Source: Erysipelotrichaceae bacterium (GTDB lineage Bacteria > Bacillota_I > Bacilli_A > Erysipelotrichales > Erysipelotrichaceae). Taken from it: a stretch of DNA of 64,000 nt. Under the pieces are notes generated by a model. It worked only from the letters and a program-made list of their open reading frames with translations. It did no database searches and had not been told where the DNA came from. The translations under genes and the position numbers were made by a program. The stretch spans positions 59,389 to 123,388 of the forward strand of contig JAAYSZ010000033.1 in assembly GCA_012523895.1 (NCBI GenBank), given 5' to 3'. Shown here in pieces: positions 54,925 through 64,000 of the stretch (the first letter of the stretch is position 1; each line of letters opens with the position of its first letter).

Positions 54925-56584
54925 TAAATTTCCTACTACAAAGATTTCATCAGATTCATCTAAGGTTTATAAAGATTTATCCATTTTTAAGGATGAGTCT
55001 TTAGTAATTGTTGAAACATTTCCAGGAGTCAGTGATGATGTTTTAGAGTCTTTTAAATCTTTAGGATTTAATAAAGTAATTAATACTATTGACTTATTTA
55101 TTTCAGAAGAAGAAATGAATAAGTGGTTAAAACCTATACTTACAAAAGATAGAGTTAGAGGTCGTAAGTTTTTTGGTGAAATTATTGATTTTATGGATGA
55201 AGATAAAATTGAAGAAGCTAAAAAAGATATTGTTAATTCTAATAAAGTTCTTGTATATGGGTTTGGGGCTAGTTTATTAAGTCATGAAGGGGTTTTGGTT
55301 TTTGTAGATGTTCCTAGATGGGAAATTCAAATGAGATATAGAAAAGGAATGCCAAATTTTAATGCTTCAAATTATGATGAAGATAATTTAAAGAAAATTA
55401 AAAGAGGTTATTTCTTTGAGTGGCCAATGGCTAATAAATTAAAGAAAAAAGTGTTTAGAAAGATGGACTATTATTTTGATAATGCAATTAAAAATAATAT
55501 TAATATGATTAGTTCAACAGATTATTTTAAGGGGTTAAAAATAATCGCAAATCAACCATTTAGATTAGTTCCATTCTTTGATCCAGGTGTTTGGGGAGGA
55601 CAGTGGATGAAAGAAGAATTTAATTTAGAAGAAAATAATTCTAATTATGCATGGTCATTTGATGGAGTTCCTGAAGAAAATTCAATTAATTTAGGATTTG
55701 GAAAATACGTTATAGAAACTCCTGTAATAAATTTAGTTTTAGCTTATCCTTTAGATTTATTAGGTAGATTTGTATATCAAAGATATGGCGCAGAGTTTCC
55801 AATAAGATTTGACTATTTAGATACTGTTAAAGGTCAAAATTTATCTTTACAAGTTCATCCTCCAGTGGAGTTAATTCAGCGTGAATTTGGTATGGCATAT
55901 ACACAATCTGAATCATATTATTTAATGCAGTCATTTGAAGGAGGGGTTGTTTATTTAGGAGTTAAAAATGATGTTGATAAAAAAGAAATGTTTGATGATT
56001 TAAGAAAAGCTCAGGAAGGAAAGATTATTTTTGATGCTGAAAAATATGTAAATGTATTTCCTTCTAAAAAACATGATCATTATTTAATTCCACCTGGAAC
56101 AATTCATTGTTCTGGATCTAATACAGTTGTTTTAGAGATATCTACAACTCCTAATATATTCACATTTAAATTGTGGGATTGGGGAAGGTTAGGATTAGAT
56201 GGTTTACCTAGACCTACTCATATAGATTTAGGTGAAGAAGCAATAAATATGGATAATAATACAGATTTTGTAAATAAATATTTAGTTAATCAAAGTAAAA
56301 TAATTTTAGATGATGGAGAAAATTTAGTAGAAGAAACAGGTTTAACTGATGATCAGCATTTAGTTACAACTAGAATTCATGTGAAAAAATCATTAACTTT
56401 AAATAATAATGAAGTAGTTTCAATGATGAATTTAGTAGAAGGAGATTCTTGTGTAATTAAAACAGATAAGATAGATTATGAGATTCATTATGGTGAAACA
56501 TTTATAGTTCCAGCTTCTGTAGATTTATTTACGATTGAATCAAAAGAAGCAGTTATATTAATGAGAGCACAGGTTAGAAAGTAG
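54917..56584 (+). CDS. long-form class I phosphomannose-isomerase-like protein (about 555 aa, with an extra ~200-aa N-terminal domain), paralogue 3
   Basis: VWGGQW, LSLQVHP, SESYYLM, and GTIHCSGSN supply the Zn ligands. ATG 54917 lies 6 nt after GAAGGTG. Confidence 0.65.
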   Translation: MYDKFPTTKISSDSSKVYKDLSIFKDESLVIVETFPGVSDDVLESFKSLGFNKVINTIDLFISEEEMNKWLKPILTKDRVRGRKFFGEIIDFMDEDKIEEAKKDIVNSNKVLVYGFGASLLSHEGVLVFVDVPRWEIQMRYRKGMPNFNASNYDEDNLKKIKRGYFFEWPMANKLKKKVFRKMDYYFDNAIKNNINMISSTDYFKGLKIIANQPFRLVPFFDPGVWGGQWMKEEFNLEENNSNYAWSFDGVPEENSINLGFGKYVIETPVINLVLAYPLDLLGRFVYQRYGAEFPIRFDYLDTVKGQNLSLQVHPPVELIQREFGMAYTQSESYYLMQSFEGGVVYLGVKNDVDKKEMFDDLRKAQEGKIIFDAEKYVNVFPSKKHDHYLIPPGTIHCSGSNTVVLEISTTPNIFTFKLWDWGRLGLDGLPRPTHIDLGEEAINMDNNTDFVNKYLVNQSKIILDDGENLVEETGLTDDQHLVTTRIHVKKSLTLNNNEVVSMMNLVEGDSCVIKTDKIDYEIHYGETFIVPASVDLFTIESKEAVILMRAQVRK

Positions 56585-56592
56585 GTATAAAA

Positions 56593-57219
56593 ATGAAATT
56601 ACAAATTGCATTGGACACATTGACTTTAAAAGAATGTATAGAGCTTTTAGATGAAACAAAGGATTACATTGATATTGTAGAAGTAGGAACACCTTTTATT
56701 ATTGAAAAAGGTATGAAGCCTGTTAAGAAATTTTCAAAACGTTATAAAGACCTTGAAATTTTAGCTGATACTAAAATTATGGATGCAGGAGAACTTGAAG
56801 CTGAAATAGCATTTAAAGCAGGTGCTGATATAGTAACTGTTTTAGGTGTTACTCATGATGAAACAGTACAAGGAGCATTAAAGGCTGCTAAAAAATATGG
56901 TGGTAAAATCATGATTGATATGATTGGTGTTAATAATATTGAAGAAAGAGCTAAAGAACTTGAAGATATGGGTGTTGATTATATTTGTGTTCACACAGCA
57001 TTTGACATTCAATCAACAGGTCATAATCCATTAGAAGAGTTAAAAAGAGTTAATAAAGTTATTACAAAATCAAAGACTGCAGTTGCTGGTGGTGTAAAGC
57101 TTGAAACTGTTGATGAGATTGTATCAGAAGGTGTAGATGTAGTTGTGGTAGGTGGAGCTATTAGTAATGCATCAGATCGTGTTTTAGCCGCAAAACAAAT
57201 TAAGGAGAGATTAAAATGA
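56593..57219 (+). CDS. hxlA: 3-hexulose-6-phosphate synthase / 3-keto-L-gulonate-6-P decarboxylase family (OMPDC suprafamily)
   Basis: MKLQIALDTLTL...IVEVGTPFI...LADTKIMDAG. 208 aa. Confidence 0.7.
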   Translation: MKLQIALDTLTLKECIELLDETKDYIDIVEVGTPFIIEKGMKPVKKFSKRYKDLEILADTKIMDAGELEAEIAFKAGADIVTVLGVTHDETVQGALKAAKKYGGKIMIDMIGVNNIEERAKELEDMGVDYICVHTAFDIQSTGHNPLEELKRVNKVITKSKTAVAGGVKLETVDEIVSEGVDVVVVGGAISNASDRVLAAKQIKERLK

Positions 57220-57770
57220 AGGATTTAGTTAAAACTATAATTAATGAACTTGATACAACATTAAATTCAATTAATGAAAAAGATGCAGATGCATTTGTAA
57301 AATTGGTAGATGAAGCTAATGAAGTGTTTTGTGCTGGTGCAGGGCGTAGTGGTTTTCAAGTTAAGGGTTTTGCGATGAGATTAATGCATATGGGTGTTAA
57401 TAGTTATGTTGTTGGTGAAACATGTACTCCTAATATTACAGATGAAGGTTTATTAGTAATATGTAGTGGTTCAGGAGAAACAAAATCTTTAGTTAATCAT
57501 GCGACTAAAGCAAAAGAAGTTGGTGCTAAGATTGCATTAATTACTATTAATCCACAATCTACTATAGGAAAAATGGCTGATGTAGTAGTTGAAATATCTG
57601 CACCATCACCAAAAAGTGCTAAAGAAGGTCAGATTAAATCAATTCAACCAATGGGATCTTTATTTGAACAATCAGAAGGATTGTTTATGGATATTGCAAT
57701 TTTAAAATTAATGGAAATTAAAAACATGACTTCTGAAACAATGTTTGGTCGTCATGCGAATATGGAATAA
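57216..57770 (+). CDS. hxlB: 6-phospho-3-hexuloisomerase-like SIS-domain protein
   Basis: SIS motif GAGRSGF...SGSGET. 184 aa. Overlaps hxlA. Confidence 0.7.
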   Translation: MKDLVKTIINELDTTLNSINEKDADAFVKLVDEANEVFCAGAGRSGFQVKGFAMRLMHMGVNSYVVGETCTPNITDEGLLVICSGSGETKSLVNHATKAKEVGAKIALITINPQSTIGKMADVVVEISAPSPKSAKEGQIKSIQPMGSLFEQSEGLFMDIAILKLMEIKNMTSETMFGRHANME

Positions 57771-57782
57771 GGAGGTAATATA

Positions 57783-58496
57783 ATGACTAAAAAGAAAGCT
57801 ATTGATATGTCAGTATCAGAACTAGCAAAGTACATCGACTATTCAGTGTTGAAGCCTGAATTTACCGAGGAAGAAATAGTTGAGTTAACTAAGGATGGAG
57901 TTAAATTAGGATGTGCAACTATTTGTATTAATCCTGCTTATATGGATTTATGTTATCCATATGTTAAGGATAGTGAAACAAAACTATGTCCAGTAGTTGA
58001 TTTCCCATTTGGTACAAGTTCTACAAGATCTAAAGTTGAACAAGTTAAAATACTTACTGAATATGATCATGTTGGTGAAATTGATATGGTTTTAAATTAT
58101 GGATGGGTTAAATCAGGCAAGTATGATGAAGTTACTAAAGATGTAAAAGCTGTAGCTGATGTTTGTCATGAATCAAATATACCTATTAAGGTAATATTTG
58201 AAACAGATGCATTAACATTTGAAGAAATTGAAAAGACAATTGAATGTTGTATAGAAGCAGGTGCTGATTTTATTAAGACAGCGACAGGTTTTTATACAGG
58301 AACTTGTTTACATGGCGATAAAAGAGGTGGCTTTAGAGAGATGATTAGCTTTATGATAGAAAAAGCTGATGGAAGATGTAAAGTTAAAGCTTCTGGCGCT
58401 ATTAGAGATAGACAACACTTTTTAGATTTAATTGATATGGGTGTTGATCGTATGGGTATTGGATATAGATCTGTACCTGTGGTATTAGATTTATAA
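57783..58496 (+). CDS. deoC: deoxyribose-phosphate aldolase family class I aldolase
   Basis: IDMVLNYG and FIKTATGF (Schiff-base Lys). Confidence 0.75.
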   Translation: MTKKKAIDMSVSELAKYIDYSVLKPEFTEEEIVELTKDGVKLGCATICINPAYMDLCYPYVKDSETKLCPVVDFPFGTSSTRSKVEQVKILTEYDHVGEIDMVLNYGWVKSGKYDEVTKDVKAVADVCHESNIPIKVIFETDALTFEEIEKTIECCIEAGADFIKTATGFYTGTCLHGDKRGGFREMISFMIEKADGRCKVKASGAIRDRQHFLDLIDMGVDRMGIGYRSVPVVLDL

Positions 58497-58514
58497 TTGT
58501 ATTAATATATATTT

Positions 58515-59234
58515 ATGAAAATAATTATTTCTCCTACAAAAAAGATGGTAATTGATAATGATAGTTTTAAACATAAATCATTACCATTTTTTATTGAAGA
58601 GTCAAAAACAATAAAAGAAAAGCTTTTAACCTTTAATAAAAAAGAACTTAAGTCTCTTTGGAAATGTAGTGATAAGTTATTAGAAGAAAACTATGAAAGA
58701 TTAATTAATATGGATTTATATTCTAATTTAACTTGTGCAATTATGTCTTATAGAGGATTACAATTTCAATATATGGCACCTTCTTTATTTACTAAGGAAC
58801 AATTAGAATATGTAGATAAACATTTAATTATATTATCTGGATTTTATGGAGCTTTAAAACCTTTTGATGGAGTTACTCCTTATAGATTAGAAATGCAAAG
58901 TAGATTAAGTATTAATGATAATAAAGATCTTTATGAATTTTGGAGTGAAAAGATTACAAAAAAATTAGAAGCAGACTTAATAATTAATCTTGCTTCTAAT
59001 GAATATAGTAAAGTAATAAATTTAAATAAAATAAATATTATTTTTGGTGAACTTATTAATGATAAGGTTGTTGAAAAGGGAACTCTATGTAAGATGGCAA
59101 GAGGTGAAATGGTTAGATACATGGCTGAAAATAATATAAAAGATGTTGATAGTATTAAAAACTTTGATAGGTTAGGTTATAAATATAATAAAGAATTTTC
59201 AGATGAAAATAACATTGTATTTATTAAAGATTAA
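58515..59234 (+). CDS. yaaA: YaaA-family peroxide stress protein (UPF0246)
   Basis: MKIIISPTKKM, AIMSYRGLQFQ, and RGEMVRY. Confidence 0.8.
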   Translation: MKIIISPTKKMVIDNDSFKHKSLPFFIEESKTIKEKLLTFNKKELKSLWKCSDKLLEENYERLINMDLYSNLTCAIMSYRGLQFQYMAPSLFTKEQLEYVDKHLIILSGFYGALKPFDGVTPYRLEMQSRLSINDNKDLYEFWSEKITKKLEADLIINLASNEYSKVINLNKINIIFGELINDKVVEKGTLCKMARGEMVRYMAENNIKDVDSIKNFDRLGYKYNKEFSDENNIVFIKD

Positions 59235-61296
59235 TTATTTTATATTTCTTTATTAAATTTATTGTTAATAAATATATAATTGTTATATTTAAATATGGTG
59301 TTATATATGTAATAAATGATAAAAATGATAATAATACTAAGCTTCCATATATTTGGATAAATAATGATATTTGATTATTAATAGTAAATATAGTGTCTTT
59401 ACTTTTATTCATTAATTTTAATACATCATCTATATTAGGTTTTACAACAATAACATCAGCATTATGAATATCAAAATTGATACCTGAATTTATTGAAATA
59501 TTTACTTCTGTATTTTCTGGTATTTTTTTAATTGGATTTGAAATATATACAGTTTTTAAACCTTCTGAATACAATGAAGCTACTAATTTTGATTTTTGAA
59601 GATTTGTAAGATTACAATGATATTCAGCAACATTTAACTTTTTTGCGTAATACTTAGTTATTTCTGGTTGTTCTTTATCTAATAGAATTATTCTTTTATT
59701 TAGTTTAATTAATGATTCTATTGTAGACGTAACATTATCTTTTAATATGTCTTGTATTGTTAGGATTCCAATTATTTTATCTTTATAAGTAAACATAATT
59801 GAGTTTTTACCTTGAGATAAAAATCTTTGTATTGATGGTTCAACCTTAGATAAATTAAAGTTTTTATTCTTTAATTGTTCATATGTAGAAAATCTATAAT
59901 TTTTAAATATTTCTTCTTTTGCGATAGGTTTTCTAGTAGTATTTTGAAATTGTTTAGGATCAACTTCACTTATGTGTACATTTTTTAAATAGTTTCTAAT
60001 AGTAGATGCATATTTTGTTTTTGAGTTTTTAGTTAGGATATATGCAACATGATAGAAATCACTTGGAATAATTCCTTCTGAAATAAATACATCTTTTACA
60101 TCAGGTTCATCCTCTATTAATACTACTTTTTCTATCATTACTATTTCACAATCATTTATTTTTTCGATTGTATTAGAGTTTTTTACAAATATACCATCTT
60201 TTGATAATTCTATAATTGTCTTATAAACATTTAAAGGTGTTATAAATTCAAATATTTCAAAGTTTATTAATGCTAATAGAGAAATTAGAAATGATACTGA
60301 TGCAAGAATATTTTGTGATTTTATAAGTAAAACTAAGAATAATATTATTGATGTTCCTATCATTATTTTAGGATAATAAGTATGTAAAAAAATTAATGAG
60401 TTTCCTAAGTTATTTTTTGATGATATAGCATCAAGTATTAAATTATTTCTTTTGTTTATTGTGTTTTCATCATTAGTAGATGTTGCTCGATATTCCATAT
60501 ATCCACTTTGATTTATCATACCTGCTATAACATTTTGATGTTTTGTTTTATTTGCGATAGGTATTTCACTTGTGTACATTGATTGATCTACTTGTGTAAA
60601 TCCATCTATAATTACTCCATCTACTGGAAGTGTGTATTGGTCTTTAACAATTACAATATCATTTGGTTTTATTTCATGAGGTTTTACTTCTAATTGAACA
60701 TTATTTCTTTTTATTAAAGCTTTTGTCTCAGTATTTTCTTCTTTTTTAAATAGTTTGCTTTTTAATAAGACTAATATGTATTTATAAATTGTAATAGAAC
60801 AAAGAATAAATGTGATTAGTGTTAATGATATTTGTAAATTAATTGAAATAAATAATAAAGATAATACTATTAATACTATAAACATAAATGAATCGTTGAA
60901 TACATTTACATTTAGATAATCTTTATTTAAATATAAAGATATCAAAGTAATTATTAAACCTATTAATAACTGATAAGAGTCATTTATATTAATAAATAAA
61001 TTAATGATTTGAATGATAAATAAAATTAATAATATAATTGATTTATATTTTAGTTTATTTTTATTTTTAGAAATGTTTTGTATTACTTCGTTAATTGAAT
61101 TTAATTTAATTACATTTATATGATTATTAATAAAAAAGTCCATTATTTCACTTTCATCTTCGTATTCAATAAAGAATGATGAAAATAAGTGGTTGTAATA
61201 GACATCACTTACAGTTGAAATATGATTTAATTTATTACATATGTATTTTGCATTATACGCATAAGATACATTATTAGAATAAAAAATTGATTTCAT
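59224..61296 (-). CDS. P1B-type (heavy-metal) ATPase homologue with all catalytic and ion-binding motifs degenerated
   Basis: Collinear with CopA/ZntA-type pumps. The HMA CxxC is YAYNAKY. TGES is YTSE (aa 241-244). CPC is NFE (345-347). DKTGT is IEKVV (388-392). TGDN is LDKEQ. GDGxNDxP is ISNPIKKIP. Confidence 0.7.
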   Translation of the reverse strand: MKSIFYSNNVSYAYNAKYICNKLNHISTVSDVYYNHLFSSFFIEYEDESEIMDFFINNHINVIKLNSINEVIQNISKNKNKLKYKSIILLILFIIQIINLFININDSYQLLIGLIITLISLYLNKDYLNVNVFNDSFMFIVLIVLSLLFISINLQISLTLITFILCSITIYKYILVLLKSKLFKKEENTETKALIKRNNVQLEVKPHEIKPNDIVIVKDQYTLPVDGVIIDGFTQVDQSMYTSEIPIANKTKHQNVIAGMINQSGYMEYRATSTNDENTINKRNNLILDAISSKNNLGNSLIFLHTYYPKIMIGTSIILFLVLLIKSQNILASVSFLISLLALINFEIFEFITPLNVYKTIIELSKDGIFVKNSNTIEKINDCEIVMIEKVVLIEDEPDVKDVFISEGIIPSDFYHVAYILTKNSKTKYASTIRNYLKNVHISEVDPKQFQNTTRKPIAKEEIFKNYRFSTYEQLKNKNFNLSKVEPSIQRFLSQGKNSIMFTYKDKIIGILTIQDILKDNVTSTIESLIKLNKRIILLDKEQPEITKYYAKKLNVAEYHCNLTNLQKSKLVASLYSEGLKTVYISNPIKKIPENTEVNISINSGINFDIHNADVIVVKPNIDDVLKLMNKSKDTIFTINNQISLFIQIYGSLVLLSFLSFITYITPYLNITIIYLLTINLIKKYKIINL

Positions 61297-61405
61297 TTTA
61301 ACTCCTTGATAATAATAAAAGCATACCTTAAAAGATGGTTTGAATCAATTAAAGCAGTATGAAAAAAGAGTGAAAAAATATATAATAAGACACGAGGTGA
61401 TTATT

Positions 61406-63190
61406 TTGATAAAAGATAGAATTAAAGATTTAAGAAAATTAATGAAGGAAAATAATATTGATATTTACTATGTTCCTACTGATGACGATCATATGAGTGA
61501 GTATGTCGCAAGTTATTTTAAAAGTAGAGAATTTATGTCTGGCTTTACTGGTTCAGCTGGTGTTTTAGTAGTTACTCAAAGAGAAGCTGGATTATGGACT
61601 GATGGCAGATATTTTGTGCAAGCTGAAAAAGAGCTTAAAAATACAGGTATTAAACTATATAAACAAAGAATAAAAGGAGTTCCAACTGTTTCAAAGTTTA
61701 TTGAATCAAAAATAGGTGAAAATGGTGTTTTAGGTTTTGATGGAAAAGTTGTAAATCAAAATATGAAAGAAACATTTGAAAAATTAATTAAGTCTAAAAA
61801 TGGAACTATTGTATTAGATAAGGATTTAGTTAATGAAATATGGAATGATAGACCTTTGATGCCTAAAGATAAAACTTTCTTTTTAGATGATAAGTATACT
61901 GGTGAATCAGTTAGTAAAAAAATAGCTAGAGTTAAAGAAGAAATGAAAAAGAAAAATGTAGATACATTAATCTTTAGTGTTTTAGAGGATGTTAACTGGC
62001 TATTTAATATTAGAGGTTATGATATTTTATATACACCAATAGTTTATAGTTATGCATTAATTGATGGTGATGATGTTATCTTATATATCGATAGTGATAA
62101 ATTAGATGATAGAAGTAAAAAAGAACTAGATAAAAATAAAGTGATTATCAAAAATTATGATGATATTTCTAATGATTTAGGAAATCTTAATAATAAAAAG
62201 GTATGGATTGATAAGTCTAAATTAAATTCTTATTTATTTAGTTTTATTAATGATAGTAATACTATAGTTGATAGTTATAATACTACTGGTACATTAAGAG
62301 CTATAAAAAATAAAACACAAATGAAAAATTTAAGGAATTCACATCTAAAAGATGGAATTGCGATGACTAAGTTTATTTATTATGTAAAAAATAATATTGG
62401 AAAAGAAGAAATGAGTGAAATTTCAGTAGCTGATGTTCTTGAAGGATTAAGAAGAGAACAAGAAGGTTTTATTATGCCTAGTTTTAATACAATTAGTGCT
62501 TATAAGGGTAATGCGGCAATGATGCATTATAGTGCTAGTAAAGAAAGTAATGCGACTTTAAGTAATGAAGGATTTTTACTAGTTGATAGTGGAGGTACTT
62601 ATTATGATGGTACTACTGATATTACTAGAACTATTGTGTTAGGTAAGATAACTGATGAAGAAAAGAAATTATATACCTTAGTATTAAGAGGAATGTTATC
62701 TTTAATGAGAGCTAAGTTTTTATATGGAATTACTGGTGCTAATTTAGATATTTTAGCTAGAGGACCTTTATGGAACGAAGATATTGATTATCAATGTGGT
62801 ACAGGACATGGAGTTGGATTTGTAATGTCTGTACATGAAGGTCCAATAAGTATTGCATGGCATTATGCAAAACATGCGGCAGTAATTGAAGAAGGTATGG
62901 TTGTGACTAATGAACCTGGAGTTTATATACCTAATAAACTTGGTATAAGAATTGAAAATGAGATGCTTGCATTAAATGGAGCTAAAAATGAATATGGTCA
63001 ATTTATGTATTTTGAACCTATTACATATTGTCCAATTGATTTAGACGGGGTTGATACAAGTTTAATGACTTATGAAGAAATAGATACCTTAAATGAGTAT
63101 CATAAGATGGTTTATGATAAGATTAGTCCTTATTTAGATAGTAAAGAAAAAACTTGGTTGAAATTACAAACAAGGAGTGTTAAAAAATGA
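61406..63190 (+). CDS. pepP: Xaa-Pro aminopeptidase (M24B, aminopeptidase P family)
   Basis: Creatinase-like N-domains plus the M24 motifs DSGG, GHGVGF, HEGP, NEPG, and IRIENE. I prefer TTG 61406, 5 nt after GAGGTG, over the track start 61340. Confidence 0.8.
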   Translation: MIKDRIKDLRKLMKENNIDIYYVPTDDDHMSEYVASYFKSREFMSGFTGSAGVLVVTQREAGLWTDGRYFVQAEKELKNTGIKLYKQRIKGVPTVSKFIESKIGENGVLGFDGKVVNQNMKETFEKLIKSKNGTIVLDKDLVNEIWNDRPLMPKDKTFFLDDKYTGESVSKKIARVKEEMKKKNVDTLIFSVLEDVNWLFNIRGYDILYTPIVYSYALIDGDDVILYIDSDKLDDRSKKELDKNKVIIKNYDDISNDLGNLNNKKVWIDKSKLNSYLFSFINDSNTIVDSYNTTGTLRAIKNKTQMKNLRNSHLKDGIAMTKFIYYVKNNIGKEEMSEISVADVLEGLRREQEGFIMPSFNTISAYKGNAAMMHYSASKESNATLSNEGFLLVDSGGTYYDGTTDITRTIVLGKITDEEKKLYTLVLRGMLSLMRAKFLYGITGANLDILARGPLWNEDIDYQCGTGHGVGFVMSVHEGPISIAWHYAKHAAVIEEGMVVTNEPGVYIPNKLGIRIENEMLALNGAKNEYGQFMYFEPITYCPIDLDGVDTSLMTYEEIDTLNEYHKMVYDKISPYLDSKEKTWLKLQTRSVKK

Positions 63191-63942
63191 AGTTAATATC
63201 TTGGAATGTAAATGGATTAAGAGCTGTAGTTAAAAAAGGATTTATGGATTTTTTTGATGATATAGATGCGGATATCTTTGCATTACAGGAAACTAAAATG
63301 CAGCCACATCAATTAGAACTTGATTTGCCAGGATATTATCAATATTTTCATAGTGCCGAAAGAAAAGGTTATTCTGGTACTGCAGTTTTTACAAAAAAAG
63401 AGCCAATAAATGTTTCTTATGATTTTGAAAAAGATATTCATAATGATGAAGGTAGAGTTATGACTTTAGAATATGATGATTTTTACTTTGTGAATGCTTA
63501 TGTTCCTAATTCTCAAGAAAAACTTAAAAGGTTAGATTATCGTATGGAGTGGGAAGATGAACTAAGAAATTATTTAGTTAATCTTGATAAAAAGAAGCCT
63601 GTTATATATTGTGGTGATTTAAATGTGGCGCATAATGAGATAGATTTAAAAAATCCTAGTACTAATAGAAAAAATGCTGGATTTAGTGATGAGGAAAGAG
63701 CGAAATTTAGCGAATTATTAGATGCAGGATTTAGTGATACTTTTAGGACTTTATATCCTGATAAAGTTGAATATAGTTGGTGGTCTTATAGATTTAATGC
63801 TAGAGCTAATAATGCAGGGTGGCGTATTGATTATTTTGTAGTGTCTGATAGGTTAATGGATAAGGTTAAAGATTCTATAATATATGGAGATATTATGGGT
63901 TCTGATCATTGCCCTGTTGGTTTAAAAATTTCTATGAAATAG
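63187..63942 (+). CDS. xth: exodeoxyribonuclease III
   Basis: SWNVNGLRA, LQETK, GDLNVAH, SDHCPV. Confidence 0.9.
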   Translation: MKLISWNVNGLRAVVKKGFMDFFDDIDADIFALQETKMQPHQLELDLPGYYQYFHSAERKGYSGTAVFTKKEPINVSYDFEKDIHNDEGRVMTLEYDDFYFVNAYVPNSQEKLKRLDYRMEWEDELRNYLVNLDKKKPVIYCGDLNVAHNEIDLKNPSTNRKNAGFSDEERAKFSELLDAGFSDTFRTLYPDKVEYSWWSYRFNARANNAGWRIDYFVVSDRLMDKVKDSIIYGDIMGSDHCPVGLKISMK

Positions 63943-63986
63943 TTATTATATGGTACACTTAGAACAAATAAAGGGGAGGAAAAATT

Positions 63987-64000
63987 ATGGATATAAAAAA
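63987..64000 (+). CDS. start of an unidentified CDS (runs off the right edge)
   Basis: GGGGAGG RBS at 63973-63979, then ATG GAT ATA AAA. Confidence 0.35.

Overview
AT-rich, low-GC Bacillota (Firmicutes)-type chromosomal segment, apparently from an anaerobe, since it carries [FeFe]-hydrogenase maturases, a glycyl-radical enzyme and PTS sugar systems. I count about 62 protein genes. I found no rRNA, tRNA, CRISPR array, transposase or integrase. Left to right: (1) a RelE/RHH toxin-antitoxin pair, a CoA-disulfide reductase-rhodanese fusion, hydE-hydF plus a TM1266-type regulator, a GH2 glycosidase and hslO. (2) A roughly 17-kb molybdenum block (8.3-25.3 kb). It has an 8-gene minus-strand operon (MocA-ModE fusion, His-phosphatase/HD fusion, XdhC, THEP1-like NTPase, DUF364, FecBCD/BtuCDF-class ABC importer), a small orphan protein, a D. 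gigas MOP-type aldehyde oxidoreductase, and a 6-gene Fe-S / radical-SAM / adenylating-ligase / methyltransferase cassette of unknown function. (3) dusB, a Phd-type antitoxin with a ParE-like toxin lacking a canonical start, and T-box-controlled lysS. (4) A polytopic membrane protein plus two tandem paralogous lipoproteins, a HAD hydrolase, ispD, comFA-comFC, secA, prfB (programmed +1 frameshift) and nudC. (5) A roughly 18-kb carbohydrate region (41-58.5 kb). It holds three class-I phosphomannose-isomerase paralogues, a cupin-type PGI, nanE, a mannose-family PTS (IIA-IIB-IIC-IID), and an operon of GCVE-type glycyl-radical eliminase, short activase, DeoR, Cof-HAD, long PMI-like protein, HPS-like, PHI-like and DeoC-like genes. 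(6) yaaA, a 690-aa P1B-ATPase homologue with every catalytic motif degenerated, aminopeptidase P and exonuclease III. The three most interesting candidates are the MOP-linked radical-SAM/ligase cassette, the Moco-handling operon with a cofactor-class ABC importer, and the glycyl-radical sugar-phosphate operon. All functional calls come from motif and architecture recognition by eye; no database search was possible.
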